Part shown: one piece after another, positions 24,192-39,000 of the stretch
Layout: each line of letters opens with the position of its first letter
Numbering within the stretch: position 1 is the first letter of the stretch
Origin: Lingula anatina
Taxonomy: Eukaryota > Animalia > Brachiopoda
Reading direction: 5' to 3'
NCBI GenBank assembly: GCA_051362555.1
Contig: JBPQGU010000016.1
Span: 3,720,001-3,784,000 of the forward strand
DNA length: 64,000 nucleotides
Translations under genes and position numbers: made by a program
The notes under the pieces: model-generated
Databases searched by the model: none
Told to the model about the DNA's origin: nothing
What the model saw: only the letters and a program-made list of their open reading frames with translations

Positions 24192-26504
24192 CAGTGGTGG
24201 GTGGAAGGGTATCACGTGATTTTCGGGAGCCAATGAAATAAGCAGGAATTTTACACTCCGTTATAGGTAAACAAAATGGCACGTTCGACGCACCAGGAGG
24301 ATTGTTTATTTAGGAGGCATGCACATGAATTTGGTGGGTATTTTAAAAGCATTTTACTATTTACAACGATCAGTACCATCTCAACTTAACTCATGTGAAG
24401 TGATTTTCAAGTGTTTGGTCTGTTTATGTTTTTATGACAATTTAAATTAGGCATAGCTTCATATGTAGTTTGACAATTGTAAACTGAAGTTTTCACACCA
24501 CAAGCCTTCTTTCAAGTGAAATATCTCGAAAAGCACTGGGACGATTTTTTTCCAACTTTTCAGTAATGTTGCTCATTTATTTGTTGACAAAAAGTGCCGA
24601 TGGCACCCGATGGCACCCCTGGATCTTTGGAGTTATAGACGGTATAATCCTTCATGCCCAATTACGACCATTTTTGTAGGAATGCGTCTTTATAATGTTA
24701 AACTCCCTCATTAAAAAGCATATATCTGAAAAAGTAAACGGTAGATTTTTTCCAAATCTTAATCTGACGTTTTTCGTGTACCTTTTTACATAATATGTAG
24801 CCTGCAACTGACAGCACCCCTGGGTCTTGGGATATATAGACAATGCAGTGCCATGGCAAATTACGGCCATTTTTGTTTGAGTGAATTTTGGATCACGCAG
24901 ACCCCGTCTTTCAAATCAAATATCTGAAAAAGCAATCGGACAATTATTTTCAAAATTGTCAGAAATGTTGCTTAGATATTGGTTAGCAAAAAGAGCCTAT
25001 GGCACCCAATGGCACCCCAGGATCTTGAGAATTATAGGCTGTATATAGTGCATGCCAAAGTACTGTTTTGGTTATCCCACGGCCAGCATTTATAACAACA
25101 GCATAATTGCACTTGTATATCACTTACATGCTTGTCTGTATTTTAAAGCATAATGTGCAATCTGATCACTATACAAGCACATTCCTACAACTGTTGAAGG
25201 GCTAGTCATGGTATTAGTCAGTTACAACTACTTGTCATTCACTGTGTATGATGTACAAGAGCCTATTATATCTCAACTGTAGCTCCATATAATAGCACTC
25301 TTTTATGCCACATAAAGTAATTGGCTCAAGTACATATCAAATAAACATTTTTTTTTAAATACTGATGATAGTCTCATATCTTTTTCAGCATGGACTACAA
25401 TTTTTATTTTTGAAATGCTGTGCACTATAAAGGTGAGAAGTAATTCATCGGAATGCCATAGTTGTAAACTTGTGACTTATGTTTCCATTGCTCATCTATT
25501 TCGTTAACATTGACAAAAACATGTTCTGTGTTTGTTTTGCCTAAACTTTCATTTTAATCTTACTATCATAAAAATTGAAATCATATTTAAGTATAATGGT
25601 AACAGGTTACCTAAAAAGTTGAAGCCTTATCCAGTTAAATAATAATAATATCAAATATAAAACATTTACTGCTTTTTAATTTCAGGGAATGGAAACAGCT
25701 TTTAACCTCATAATGGGATACCGCCTATGGATTGTAGCTGAAATTAGAGACTTGAGATAACAGGAATGATGTTTGTTATTTCCAAAATCTGTGCCTTCAT
25801 GGAGTGTGACATTGTAATAAACATGATTGCTTTTTAATTACTCAGTCATCAAATGTTAAATTAGTAGTTTGTCACAATATCAAATATTGTATTATCTGCA
25901 TAGAGAATTCCCCTCATCTTTTGTAAGTTAAGTTTTGATTAATTAAGTAAAGTGAGTAGTAAGTCTCATGAACTTGGAGAAAATTAAATACTGCAGATCT
26001 TGAAAAACCTTCGTTTATTGTGATTTCTGTCAGATATGAGGATTTGTAAATGTTGATAATACATTACATTTTCTGTCTCTTATTATATGCATTTACCATG
26101 ATTTCTCACTCTGAGTAATGTTCGCATCTGGCAAACTAACTTGAAATTCAAGGCATATTTTATAGTTTTAAAAAAGTGATATTAAAATCTGACCAATACG
26201 AATTTAAAGTAATCTGAATTCTATCAGGATTTCAGTCTTGCCTGTGCTATGTATGTATTTGTAGGTTGTCACCCTTTTAAATCATTTAAAAAGTATTATT
26301 ATATTATTTCAATATTTTGTGAATATTTAAATGAGTTATAAAATTTATAAGAAAAATGTAAGAAATAAAATATACTGTTAATTATTTTTTTATGAAATAT
26401 GTGAAATAAAAAGTTTATAATCATATCAAAGTTCTTCCATTTGTTTATGATAATTTTGTCATTTTACATTTTCTTTGCCTTAAACTTTGGTCAAGCTTAC
26501 TTTC

Positions 26505-26558
<54 letters not shown>

Positions 26559-27116
26559 TTGTCACATGCCCTTTCTTATAGTTATCTGAATTATCAACTT
26601 GTCATAATTTACTATTTTAATTTCTAGAGTTAATTATTATTCTTATTCAAACAAGAAATTATCAATTATACACAGAAAAATTAAAGTCAATAACAAATCA
26701 ACACTGCCAGCAAATTTTACTCTGCCCAAGCTACAGTCACTATATATAGGATAGTAGGCCTACACACTGACAGAGATGTGATACCTATGCCACGGTGACA
26801 TTTTACAACTCTACTCGTCGGTTTGTTGATCATAAATTGCACATTTTTTCAAGTGTTTCATTATTAGTTTGTAGCATCCATATTTATATTTATATACATT
26901 TATACATAATGAAACAAAGTCGGCGTAACGTTACGCAAATGCCCCAATAAACAATGCATCGCACACAGTTGCGCCAACGCTTTACTGGACGAAGACGCAG
27001 GAAGACGTCGCCGGGAGCTCACTTTCGATGTTCACTCTTCGACGGCAAAACGTCAAATGACTGACGTGCGTGCGCATCATTTGACGTATCACGTGATACC
27101 CTTCCAACCACCACTG
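24192..27116. mobile_element. Duplicate of the 29-bp-TIR, 9-bp-TSD DNA transposon
   Basis: AATGCAGGT at 24183-24191 and 27117-27125; same TIRs; internal poly-A is 31 nt longer. Confidence 0.92.
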
Positions 27117-27358
27117 AATGCAGGTCGTCTCCTTACAGGGTCTAGCTATCCAGTGACCAACCAGGAGCATAGCTTGCACTGCGATGCGCGACTTTTTCTT
27201 ATGCAAATTACAACTGGTACAGTGCATGGCACATTTGAGGAGTTGCTGTGGAAATTGGTCTCAAAGAACGGCGAAATTATGGAAATTATTTTACTATTGT
27301 GACAAGGCTATTACCCGCGTAGACCTATTTGTCACCATACATAATATTTTTCTAGGAC

Positions 27359-29830
27359 AACTAGTTTATATTAAATCAAAAACTAAAAATAGCAATGAAG
27401 ATAGGTATAACAAGTAAATGATGATGCTCATACATTCGGGGAGTAGCTTTGCGTAGGATGAAATATATTGTATTGTACGCCCCCCTGGCTGTCGATTGTA
27501 AGTAATAGACATAAACTGGCCCGCTCGAAGATTCTGCGGGTCCGTGGTCAAAGTTAAATAAAAATAACCATGATTAAGGGAAGTTATTGAAGTTATCAAT
27601 TTAAGATTTTAGAGATACTAATAAATTTACCTTTTTTAACACTGGTCGTATTCACAAAAGATCGTAAACATTACAGAGAGAAGGAAAAGTACCCAAGAGA
27701 AGGGAGGTGGGGGGGGGGGGGGGTGTGTGAAGGAGCGCAATGTGAAACAAATTAATATTATGTTCTTATTTATCTATTCAATTTCATAAATAATTTGTAA
27801 ACTCTTCACTCTTGATTCAAATAAATAAAAAGCAACAATTAAAACTTGTAGTACTTGCCACAGAAGCCAAACTGAAGTAAAACATTTGAAATAGCATAAA
27901 AAGAGGAAGACAAGTAAAAAAAATTAAATTCTCAAATTTTTAGAAACTAATAATCTTTCTTCGACAGTATCCTTAACATAACCGTCTTTTGTGTTTTCAG
28001 ATCGCCATCTACCGTGTTTCTTAAACAGTCTGTCTTTAGTCCCTGCATTAGAATCCAGCATATGAAATCAAACAAACGGAAAGTACTCGGAGATCCTTCA
28101 AAGTGACTTCAGAACTCATAAAATTAGTAACCAATTTAGAAATGTGCTTAGCAGTTACAGGTTCCTTTTTTGTTACTCTATGATCTTTCCGTCTCTGAGA
28201 TGCTTCCCTCACTGCAATAACGAATTTTGACTCGCAATTTCGGATTTTTCTTACAGTTGGCTGTACCATGAAACCATTTTAAAGTGTAAAAAGATGTCTA
28301 AGCCGCAGCAGAATAATTACAAGTTTGTGACAAATTTTGAAGATAAAAAGCAACAATCGAGTCTTTCGCTGTAAAGAAAGAGGTCACACCGATCGTATTA
28401 CACCGTTCAAGCCATTTTTGGAAGCCGTAAGAATATTTTCTCACTGTGTTGTCTGCTCTTGACTTCAAAATGACATCTGGTAATGAATCTGCTAAAGCCT
28501 TCAAACTTTTATTGCTTGTAACCTCCACGTCTTGGAGGATAGCATTATCAAGAAAACATGAAAAAGGAAAAAAAGAAAATTTTTGAAAACAAAACTCTAG
28601 CAATCGTTCCCATAATCTCTGTTCATCCTGGACAATAATCATGTCCATGTTAACTGTCATTGATCAATGATTGTGATCCTAATGGCCATTTCTTCCATTC
28701 CTTCCTTCAATGTTGCAGAACTCCATTACAGCATGTTGTATCGATAACCCATTGGTAACTAGAGCGCAGACCTCCGCCAAGGCAGCGATTTTTTATTATT
28801 ATTGATTTTTGATTGATTATTGATCCGGATCACCACCAAAAAATAATCATCTCTTCCTTGGCCCACTTCGTGCAGTTCCTGAAAAATTCATCAAAATCGG
28901 TCTAAGAAATACATAAACAAAGCCATCTCCATTATATCAATGATCCAGTGATCGTCTGTTTATCTCTCCTTCGAAGAAAGTGAGTTTTAAATTCTATAAA
29001 CAGATGACCAATTATTCATCTACTTTAAATCCCTTTAAATATGAAAAACTTATTCGTATTTAAAACAAATGGTCCCAAACCGGGTTTTCTGGCATCTGAA
29101 TAGACCGTTTTTAACTTACTAGGCAAGCTTTGTACACGTAGACTTTTCTCATTTAAAAAAAAAAAAGAAAACTAAATTGTCTTTCCAAAAATTAATTCTT
29201 TAATGCAAGACATTCGTCTTTAATATTAATATTAAAATCCCAATGCTTCCTCTAGTTATTTATCTAGATACATTTCCAATCAATGGAGACATAATAATAA
29301 AACAGAAATAATTTTACCTGTACCCCTGGCCAATTTTATAGCTGTTATATACGGTAAATCTGAAACCAATTCGTCTAAAAGACACAGAGCATTACTAGTA
29401 CATGTAGAAAGCCTTCTTTCGGGAATAAACAATCCCCTTACTTCCATGTCCCAAATAATCCCCAACCATTCCAATTTGTTGACTGGTTCTAATTTACTTT
29501 TTTCAGCGTTTAAAACAAAATCTGCTTTAAACAGATCCATTTTAATTTTTTAGAATGTAGTTTTAAATGTAATATATTTTTCTAGGGAATTTTCAGACAC
29601 AATACCGTCATCTAAATAAACAACAATGGGGATTCCATTTTTCTCCAATACCCAACTAAACGTCTAAGTATTTTAGTAAAAATAAACGGTGCTGAAGAAA
29701 GGCCAAACGAAAGTACCAAAAAAAAAAAAAAAAAAAAAAAAAAGAATTCTTTCCGTTGATTTAAAAAAGTTTGAGATGCCGGAGCAATATCTAAATGGTG
29801 AATAAATAAATAAACACAACACTTAACTGC
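27359..29830 (-). pseudogene. Duplicate of the minus-strand DIRS/Ngaro relic (includes the HINE-like insert at ~28757-28929)
   Basis: Identical ORF fragments at 28048-28269, 28298-28660 and 29280-29540. Confidence 0.9.
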
Positions 29831-29839
29831 AGAATTATC

Positions 29840-30540
29840 TCAACAAATATTATCTGTGGTCTTGCTCACATTCCCAAAAGTGAGAGTGTAATATGCCTTT
29901 GGTCCATGCAACCAGATCTCTTGTCCTCCTTGTCTGTTCAGCCTAAAATATAAAATTGCAAGACAGCTATTTAATTCTTAATGCATAACTCTATTAAAAA
30001 GGAAAATGTCCATGATGGAAAAAAATTCATTTATTTTTTCTACCTGAAGATATGGAAAATGGTGCAATAGTTTGTGTTGTTCTCATGCATATCTACTCAC
30101 AGTGATTTTTGCCCCATGCCAAATGTCCCACGAATGTTTTATCCCGATTCATTTTTTTTTTCTGAAATAAGAAAAATTTAGCTAAATATATAAAGAGATA
30201 TAACAAAAAAATAGCAAGAATTGCAACTAAATAATCACATACATGTAGATACATTTCACATACTAAATTTGCTTTCTAATTATTATAGTAAGACCTAAAC
30301 AGCACTTTGTACTTAAGTGTGCAACAAGGGCAACTTTGACCACTTCTGTTGCACTGATTCCTTTTTTTTTTTCAGGAAATCCATAGCCCTGACAAACCCT
30401 TCCTTCTCCATTACAGAGCTACTCAGCTTGGTTTCTTTCTTCCTTACAACTTCTGCTTCCAACACATCCCCTGTTTCATAGTCAACAATAATGCTCGCGC
30501 AATATTGTGCACTATGTTCTGGGCTGTCCATTCTGCCATC
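29840..30540 (-). pseudogene. Duplicate of the DDE transposase relic
   Basis: ORF 30313-30531 is identical to 9123-9341. Confidence 0.7.
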
Positions 30541-30753
30541 AACTATGAATAAATGGGATATATCGAAACACGGACATCATAAATATGTGGTGCGACAATT
30601 CCTAAAACAACACTTGGTGGGATTTAGGACACATTCCTATAGACACCACAGGTCTACATTGATCGACCAGACTTGGCATGGATTTTCACTGCTATCAGTT
30701 GAATAGGTAACCCCCCCCCCTCTAAGAAATAAAATTGTTCATGTTCCTTTTGT

Positions 30754-30811
<58 letters not shown>

Positions 30812-31453
30812 TATAATTTCCAAAGGAATAGAGGGTAATAAGTCATACTCAAATTATATTTTAGGATGCCAACCCATGTTATTTTCATCTTATTCCTTCT
30901 CAAAGTGTGTCTTGCCTTTAAATGTAAAGCTCTATGTTATTTAATGAAAGACAATATAAGTTCCATCTGTTTAGAGATGTATGTCGGTCTGCTTTATAGC
31001 AATTAAGTCCCTGCTGTGGTTTAGGCCTACTGGTCACAACCAGAACATCAGAACCACTGCTTCCATCCACCGCTTCTACTTGTGGACATGGTGGACATAC
31101 ACTTGATATAGAAACAAAACACGCATTTAGTTAAAATTTTAGATTAATCCATTTAATCCATAAAGTTTAAATAACACATTTGCGATAAAGTTTTTGATTA
31201 AGTTTTTTATCAAAATTAAAATAGATTATTGTAATAATGTTATTAAAGTATGTGCCCTTTTTCAAATGCAAAGAATGCAAAGCAACCCTTATATATACAT
31301 GTACCTGTATATAAATATGTTTGATAAGATCTCTTGGAGATATTTAAGCACATTTAAAAGACACTCACTCAGAAACAGAGTTTTCAATATCGCTTAATTT
31401 GGGATCAGGAATGGACTTAGCAGTGGTCCTCACCCTCGCCTGAACAAAGAAGC

Positions 31454-31889
31454 TCAAACAAATCAAGAACAAATCAATATCCGAATAACGACGGTGATAT
31501 GGCCCTGCTGGCGCATATTAATTTCGTGATCTGTAAACACAGGGAATCAGCAGTTGTAAACATTCTCTTATAGTATATTTTGAACAAGCTGTCTGTACAG
31601 GGAGGGGGGGGGGGGCGGGGTCGGCCCGCCCCCTTAAAATATTCCTGGATCCGCCCCTGGATCCGCCACATGGTACCTATCTGTATCTTAAAAAAAAAAA
31701 ACTGCTGGTATATGATAGACGGGAAGAGGGAGCGCATGGGAAATGACGGTGTAGGCCGGATCTAAAGCCTTCCACAGTTTCAGCAGTAACTTGTTGGTCA
31801 CTTCGTTCATTCCACTCGGTGACTGTTCTGGTAAAGAAAGAGTTTCAAACTGGTGTGTCGCAGTGTGATTCTTGCACTTAAAGTTTGTT
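31454..31889 (-). pseudogene. Duplicate of the CR1-group LINE fragment with nested MITE remnant
   Basis: Same sequence as 10265-10700 at offset 21189. Confidence 0.6.
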
Positions 31890-33033
31890 TTAAATCCTAA
31901 TATTAGCACATAAATGTAATTTATTCTAAAATGTGAGGCCTAATTATAAGGAGCTACGGGCAAATTTCTTCAACAATCAGTTTCTTTTTCAAACTGATTG
32001 TTTGACACATCATGATAACAACGGAAACCACCAAACTTCAATTAAGATAATTAATTGTATTTATGTAGCAAATGGGTTGTTTTAGTGGTGGTATTAACTT
32101 TTTGGTAATACATCAACGTTTTGTTTATAGGAAATTAGTCTGGTTAGTTAGTAGTAGGTAGTAGGATGGTAGTTTGGGTCTTGTGTCTTCACATTTTTAC
32201 CTTAAGTAGTTGACCAAGGCAAGGTGATAACAGATGTCCCGGGTTTAGGAATTTCTTAGCTGCTGTGTATCTAGGCACACACATTTGCACCCCCACCTTT
32301 AATAATTATATATTTCTTTTTAGTTACCCGCACGAAAATGCAGTAGTATCGAAGTAGCAAAGCGGCGGGAGCATATTTGCAGAATAGCCTACTGCAATTC
32401 TACTCCAAAAAGTACATAGGTTTGTACAGAGAGGAGCATAAATGCATAATTTTTTTACTTCCCATGACAAAACACCCCGGTGACTCCCTTCGCCACATAA
32501 GTTTTCATGTAATTATTAAACAGAGCAAAAAATCTCCCTATTTCTGTAGAATTATAAATTTTATGAAAGATGTTTTTGGGACTAATTCTATTGAGCTGCA
32601 TTCAGTGAGAAGTCGTTCAGCTTTGTAGCTGCGGAGATATTGACGGCCGCACTAAAAAATTCCTGCAAAACTGCATGAACAGAATATTTTGGTGAAACAT
32701 TTCCTATTCTCATAGACAGCAGACTCACTGACGTAACTCCCAATGCCACAAAAAGTTACTTTTCATACCGGCAGTACTGTAATTGAACATGTGCATTCTC
32801 TTGTTTGTAAACAAACCACTGCACTGCTCACAGTTGTAAGCTCCCTCCGCCAGATGTCCGAAACTGTACAGCACTGAGCCAGGTCTCGCCCAAAAATAAG
32901 AAGCAATTTAGGCCCCAACCTGCTACTTGACACCAAATTAACCACTAGCAACACACAAAAAATGTCAGGAAAAAAACTGGAAACAATCACTAATTTTTCA
33001 AGCAGAACTTCATTCGTCTATAACAGTCCGTGA

Positions 33034-36000
33034 TTGGCCAGGTAGGGATGAAAATTTTTTTTCTTCATTATAGTGTCAGGTAGGTGTGTTCGGTCATTTG
33101 TAGTAAGAATAAAGTGCTGGAAGAGTGGTGGTGTCAACATTAAGGAAGAAATAGAGCAAAAACTCTCTCTCCCCCCCCCCCCCCTCTCAGATTCTGTTCT
33201 CAGAGCTTATTTTTGGATCATCTTTAAAGCTAGAATTGGGGGCCTTGATGAAGTGACCCGGGCGCGTTTACACATTTTTTATGAATGACAGGTGTGGTAG
33301 ATTGATTTTCGTCACTTTTTGGAAAAATCGGAGACGGGTCGATTTTTGGTGATTTTGAGTGATTTTGAACAGTGCCGGCACTGTGAGATTTCTTCAATTT
33401 TGGCCAGGTAGGGATGAAAATTTTTTTTCTTCATTATAGTGTCAGGTAGGTGTGTTCGGTCATTTGTAGTAAGAATAAAGTGCTGGAAGAGTGGTGGTGT
33501 CAACATTAAGGAAGAAATAGAGCAAAAACTCTCTCTCCCCCCCCCCCCCCCTCTCAGATTCTGTTCTCAGAGCTTATTTTTGGATCATCTTTAAAGCTAG
33601 AATTGGGGGCCTTGATGAAGTGACCCGGGCGCGTTTACACATTTTTTATGAATGACAGGTGTGGTAGATTGATTTTCGTCACTTTTTGGAAAAATCGGAG
33701 ACGGGTCGATTTTTGGTGATTTTGAGTGATTTTGAACAGTGCCGGCACTGTGAGATTTCTTCAATTTTGGCCAGGTAGGGATGAAAATTTTTTTTCTTCA
33801 TTATAGTGTCAGGTAGGTGTGTTCGGTCATTTGTAGTAAGAATAAAGTGCTGGAAGAGTGGTGGTGTCAACATTAAGGAAGAAATAGAGCAAAAACTCTC
33901 TCTCCCCCCCCCCCCTCTCAGATTCTGTTCTCAGAGCTTATTTTTGGATCATCTTTAAAGCTAGAATTGGGGGCCTTGATGAAGTGACCCGGGCGCGTTT
34001 ACACATTTTTTATGAATGACAGGTGTGGTAGATTGATTTTCGTCACTTTTTGGAAAAATCGGAGACGGGTCGATTTTTGGTGATTTTGAGTGATTTTGAA
34101 CAGTGCCGGCACTGTGAGATTTCTTCAATTTTGGCCAGGTAGGGATGAAAATTTTTTTTCTTCATTATAGTGTCAGGTAGGTGTGTTCGGTCATTTGTAG
34201 TAAGAATAAAGTGCTGGAAGAGTGGTGGTGTCAACATTAAGGAAGAAATAGAGCAAAAACTCTCTCTCCCCCCCCCCCCCTCTCAGATTCTGTTCTCAGA
34301 GCTTATTTTTGGATCATCTTTAAAGCTAGAATTGGGGGCCTTGATGAAGTGACCCGGGCGCGTTTACACATTTTTTATGAATGACAGGTGTGGTAGATTG
34401 ATTTTCGTCACTTTTTGGAAAAATCGGAGACGGGTCGATTTTTGGTGATTTTGAGTGATTTTGAACAGTGCCGGCACTGTGAGATTTCTTCAATTTTGGC
34501 CAGGTAGGGATGAAAATTTTTTTTCTTCATTATAGTGTCAGGTAGGTGTGTTCGGTCATTTGTAGTAAGAATAAAGTGCTGGAAGAGTGGTGGTGTCAAC
34601 ATTAAGGAAGAAATAGAGCAAAAACTCTCTCTCCCCCCCCCCCCCCTCTCAGATTCTGTTCTCAGAGCTTATTTTTGGATCATCTTTAAAGCTAGAATTG
34701 GGGGCCTTGATGAAGTGACCCGGGCGCGTTTACACATTTTTTATGAATGACAGGTGTGGTAGATTGATTTTCGTCACTTTTTGGAAAAATCGGAGACGGG
34801 TCGATTTTTGGTGATTTTGAGTGATTTTGAACAGTGCCGGCACTGTGAGATTTCTTCAATTTTGGCCAGGTAGGGATGAAAATTTTTTTTCTTCATTATA
34901 GTGTCAGGTAGGTGTGTTCGGTCATTTGTAGTAAGAATAAAGTGCTGGAAGAGTGGTGGTGTCAACATTAAGGAAGAAATAGAGCAAAAACTCTCTCTCC
35001 CCCCCCCCCTCTCAGATTCTGTTCTCAGAGCTTATTTTTGGATCATCTTTAAAGCTAGAATTGGGGGCCTTGATGAAGTGACCCGGGCGCGTTTACACAT
35101 TTTTTATGAATGACAGGTGTGGTAGATTGATTTTCGTCACTTTTTGGAAAAATCGGAGACGGGTCGATTTTTGGTGATTTTGAGTGATTTTGAACAGTGC
35201 CGGCACTGTGAGATTTCTTCAATTTTGGCCAGGTAGGGATGAAAATTTTTTTTCTTCATTATGGTGTCAGGTAGGTGTGTTCGGTCATTTGTAGTAAGAA
35301 TAAAGTGCTGGAAGAGTGGTGGTGTCAACATTAAGGAAGAAATAGAGCAAAAACTCTCTCTCCCCCCCCCCTCTCAGATTCTGTTCTCAGAGCTTATTTT
35401 TGGATCATCTTTAAAGCTAGAATTGGGGGCCTTGATGAAGTGACCCGGGCGCGTTTACACATTTTTTATGAATGACAGGTGTGGTAGATTGATTTTCGTC
35501 ACTTTTTGGAAAAATCGGAGACGGGTCGATTTTTGGTGATTTTGAGTGATTTTGAACAGTGCCGGCACTGTGAGATTTCTTCAATTTTGGCCAGGTAGGG
35601 ATGAAAATTTTTTTTCTTCATTATAGTGTCAGGTAGGTGTGTTCGGTCATTTGTAGTAAGAATAAAGTGCTGGAAGAGTGGTGGTGTCAACTTTAAGGAA
35701 GAAATAGAGCAAAAACTCTCTCTCCCCCCCCTCTCAGATTCTGTTCTCAGAGCTTATTTTTGGATCATCTTTAAAGCTAGAATTGGGGGCCTTGATGAAG
35801 TGACCCGGGCGCGTTTACACATTTTTTATGAATGACAGGTGTGGTAGATTGATTTTCGTCACTTTTTGGAAAAATCGGAGACGGGTCGATTTTTGGTGAT
35901 TTTGAACAGTGCCGGCACTGTGAGATTTCTTCAATTTTGGCCAGGTAGGGATGAAAATTTTTTTCTTCATTATAGTGTCAGGTAGGTGTAATCGGTCATT

Positions 36001-39000
36001 TGTAGTAAGAATAAAGTGCTGGAAGAGTGGTGGTGTCAACATTAAGGAAGAAATAGAGCAAAAAACTCTCTCTCCCCCCCCCTCTCAGATTCTGTTCTCA
36101 GAGCTTATTTTTGGATCATCTTTAAAGCTAGAATTGGGGGCCTTGATGAAGTGACCCGGGCGCGTTTACACATTTTTTATGAATGACAGGTGTGGTAGAT
36201 TGATTTTCGTCACTTTTTGGAAAAATCGGAGACGGGTCGATTTTTGGTGATTTTGAGTGATTTTGAACAGTGCCGGCACTGTGAGATTTCTTCAATTTTG
36301 GCCAGGTAGGGATGAAAATTTTTTTTCTTCATTATAGTGTCAGGTAGGTGTGTTCGGTCATTTGTAGTAAGAATAAAGTGCTGGAAGAGTGGTGGTGTCA
36401 ACATTAAGAAAGAAATAGAGCAAAAACTCTCTCTCCCCCCCCCCCTCTCAGATTCTGTTCTCAGAGCTTATTTTTGGATCATCTTTAAAGCTGGAATTGG
36501 GGGCCTTGATGAAGTGACCCGGGCGCGTTTACACATTTTTTATGAATGACAGGTGTGGTAGATTGATTTTCGTCACTTTTTGGAAAAATCGGAGACGGGT
36601 CGATTTTTGGTGATTTTGAACAGTGCCGGCACTGTGAGATTTCTTCAATTTTGGCCAGGTAGGGATGAAAATTTTTTTTCTTCATTATAGTGTCAGGTAG
36701 GTGTAATCGGTCATTTGTAGTAAGAATAAAGTGCTGGAAGAGTGGTGGTGTCAACATTAAGGAAGAAATAGAGCAAAAACTCTCTCTGCCCCCCCCTCTC
36801 AGATTCTGTTCTCAGAGCTTATTTTTGGATCATCTTTAAAGCTAGAATTGGGGGCCTTGATGAAGTGACCCGGGCGCGTTTACACATTTTTTATGAATGA
36901 CAGGTGTGGTAGATTGATTTTCGTCACTTTTTGGAAAAATCGGAGACGGGTCGATTTTTGGTGATTTTGAGTGATTTTGAACAGTGCCGGCACTGTGAGA
37001 TTTCTTCAATTTTGGCCAGGTAGGGATGAAAATTTTTTTTCTTCATTATAGTGTCAGGTAGGTGTGTTCGGTCATTTGTAGTAAGAATAAAGTGCTGGAA
37101 GAGTGGTGGTGTCAACATTAAGGAAGAAATAGAGCAAAAACTCTCTCTTCCCCCCCCCCTCTCAGATTCTGTTCTCAGAGCTTATTTTTGGATCATCTTT
37201 AAAGCTAGAATTGGGGGCCTTGATGAAGTGACCCGGGCGCGTTTACACATTTTTTATGAATGACAGGTGTGGTAGATTGATTTTCGTCACTTTTTGGAAA
37301 AATCGGAGACGGGTCGATTTTTGGTGATTTTGAGTGATTTTGAACAGTGCCGGCACTGTGAGATTTCTTCAATTTTGGCCAGGTAGGGATGAAAATTTTT
37401 TTTCTTCATTATAGTGTCAGGTAGGTGTGTTCGGTCATTTGTAGTAAGAATAAAGTGCTGGAAGAGTGGTGGTGTCAACATTAAGGAAGAAATAGAGCAA
37501 AAACTCTCTCTCCCCCCCCCCCCCTCTCAGATTCTGTTCTCAGAGCTTATTTTTGGATCATCTTTAAAGCTAGAATTGGGGGCCTTGATGAAGTGACCCG
37601 GGCGCGTTTCCACATTTTTTATGAATGACAGGTGTGGTAGATTGATTTTCGTCACTTTTTGGAAAAATCGGAGACGGGTCGATTTTTGGTGATTTTGAGT
37701 GATTTTGAACAGTGCCGGCACTGTGAGATTTCTTCAATTTTGGCCAGGTAGGGATGAAAATTTTTTTTCTTCATTATAGTGTCAGGTAGGTGTGTTCGGT
37801 CATTTGTAGTAAGAATAAAGTGCTGGAAGAGTGGTGGTGTCAACATTAAGGAAGAAATAGAGCAAAAACTCTCTCTCCCCCCCCCTCTCAGATTCTGTTC
37901 TCAGAGCTTATTTTTGGATCATCTTTAAAGCTAGAATTGGGGGCCTTGATGAAGTGACCCGGGCGCGTTTCCACATTTTTTATGAATGACAGGTGTGGTA
38001 GATTGATTTTCGTCACTTTTTGGAAAAATCGGAGACGGGTCGATTTTTGGTGATTTTGAGTGATTTTGAACAGTGCCGGCACTATGAGATTTCTTCAATT
38101 TTGGCCAGGTAGGGATGAAAATTTTTTTTCTTCATTATAGTGTCAGGTAGGTGTGTTCGGTCATTTGTAGTAAGAATAAAGTGCTGGAAGAGTGGTGGTG
38201 TCAACATTAAGGAAGAAATAGAGCAAAAACTCTCTCTCCCCCCCCCTCTCAGATTCTGTTCTCAGAGCTTATTTTTGGATCATCTTTAAACCTTAAATTG
38301 GGGGCCTTGATGAAGTGACCCGGGCGCGTTTACACATTTTTTATGAATGACAGGTGTGGTAGATTGATTTTCGTCACTTTTTGGAAAAATCGGAGACGGG
38401 TCGATTTTTGGTGATTTTGAGTGATTTTGAACAGTGCCGGCACTGTGAGATTTCTTCAATTTTGGCCAGGTAGGGATGAAAATTTTTTTTCTTCATTATA
38501 GTGTCAGGTAGGTGTGTTCGGTCATTTGTAGTAAGAATAAAGTGCTGGAAGAGTGGTGGTGTCAACATTAAGGAAGAAATAGAGCAAAAACTCTCTCTCC
38601 CCCCCCTCTCAGATTCTGTTCTCAGAGCTTATTTTTGGATCATCTTTAAACCTTAAATTGGGGGCCTTGATGAAGTGACCCGGGCGCGTTTACACATTTT
38701 TTATGAATGACAGGTGTGGTAGATTGATTTTCGTCACTTTTTGGAAAAATCGGAGACGGGTCGATTTTTGGTGATTTTGAGTGATTTTGAACAGTGCCGG
38801 CACTGTGAGATTTCTTCAATTTTGGCCAGGTAGGGATGAAAATTTTTTTTCTTCATTATAGTGTCAGGTAGGTGTGTTCGGTCATTTGTAGTAAGAATAA
38901 AGTGCTGGAAGAGTGGTGGTGTCAACATTAAGGAAGAAATAGAGCAAAAACTCTCTCTCCCCCCCCCCCCTCTCAGATTCTGTTCTCAGAGCTTATTTTT

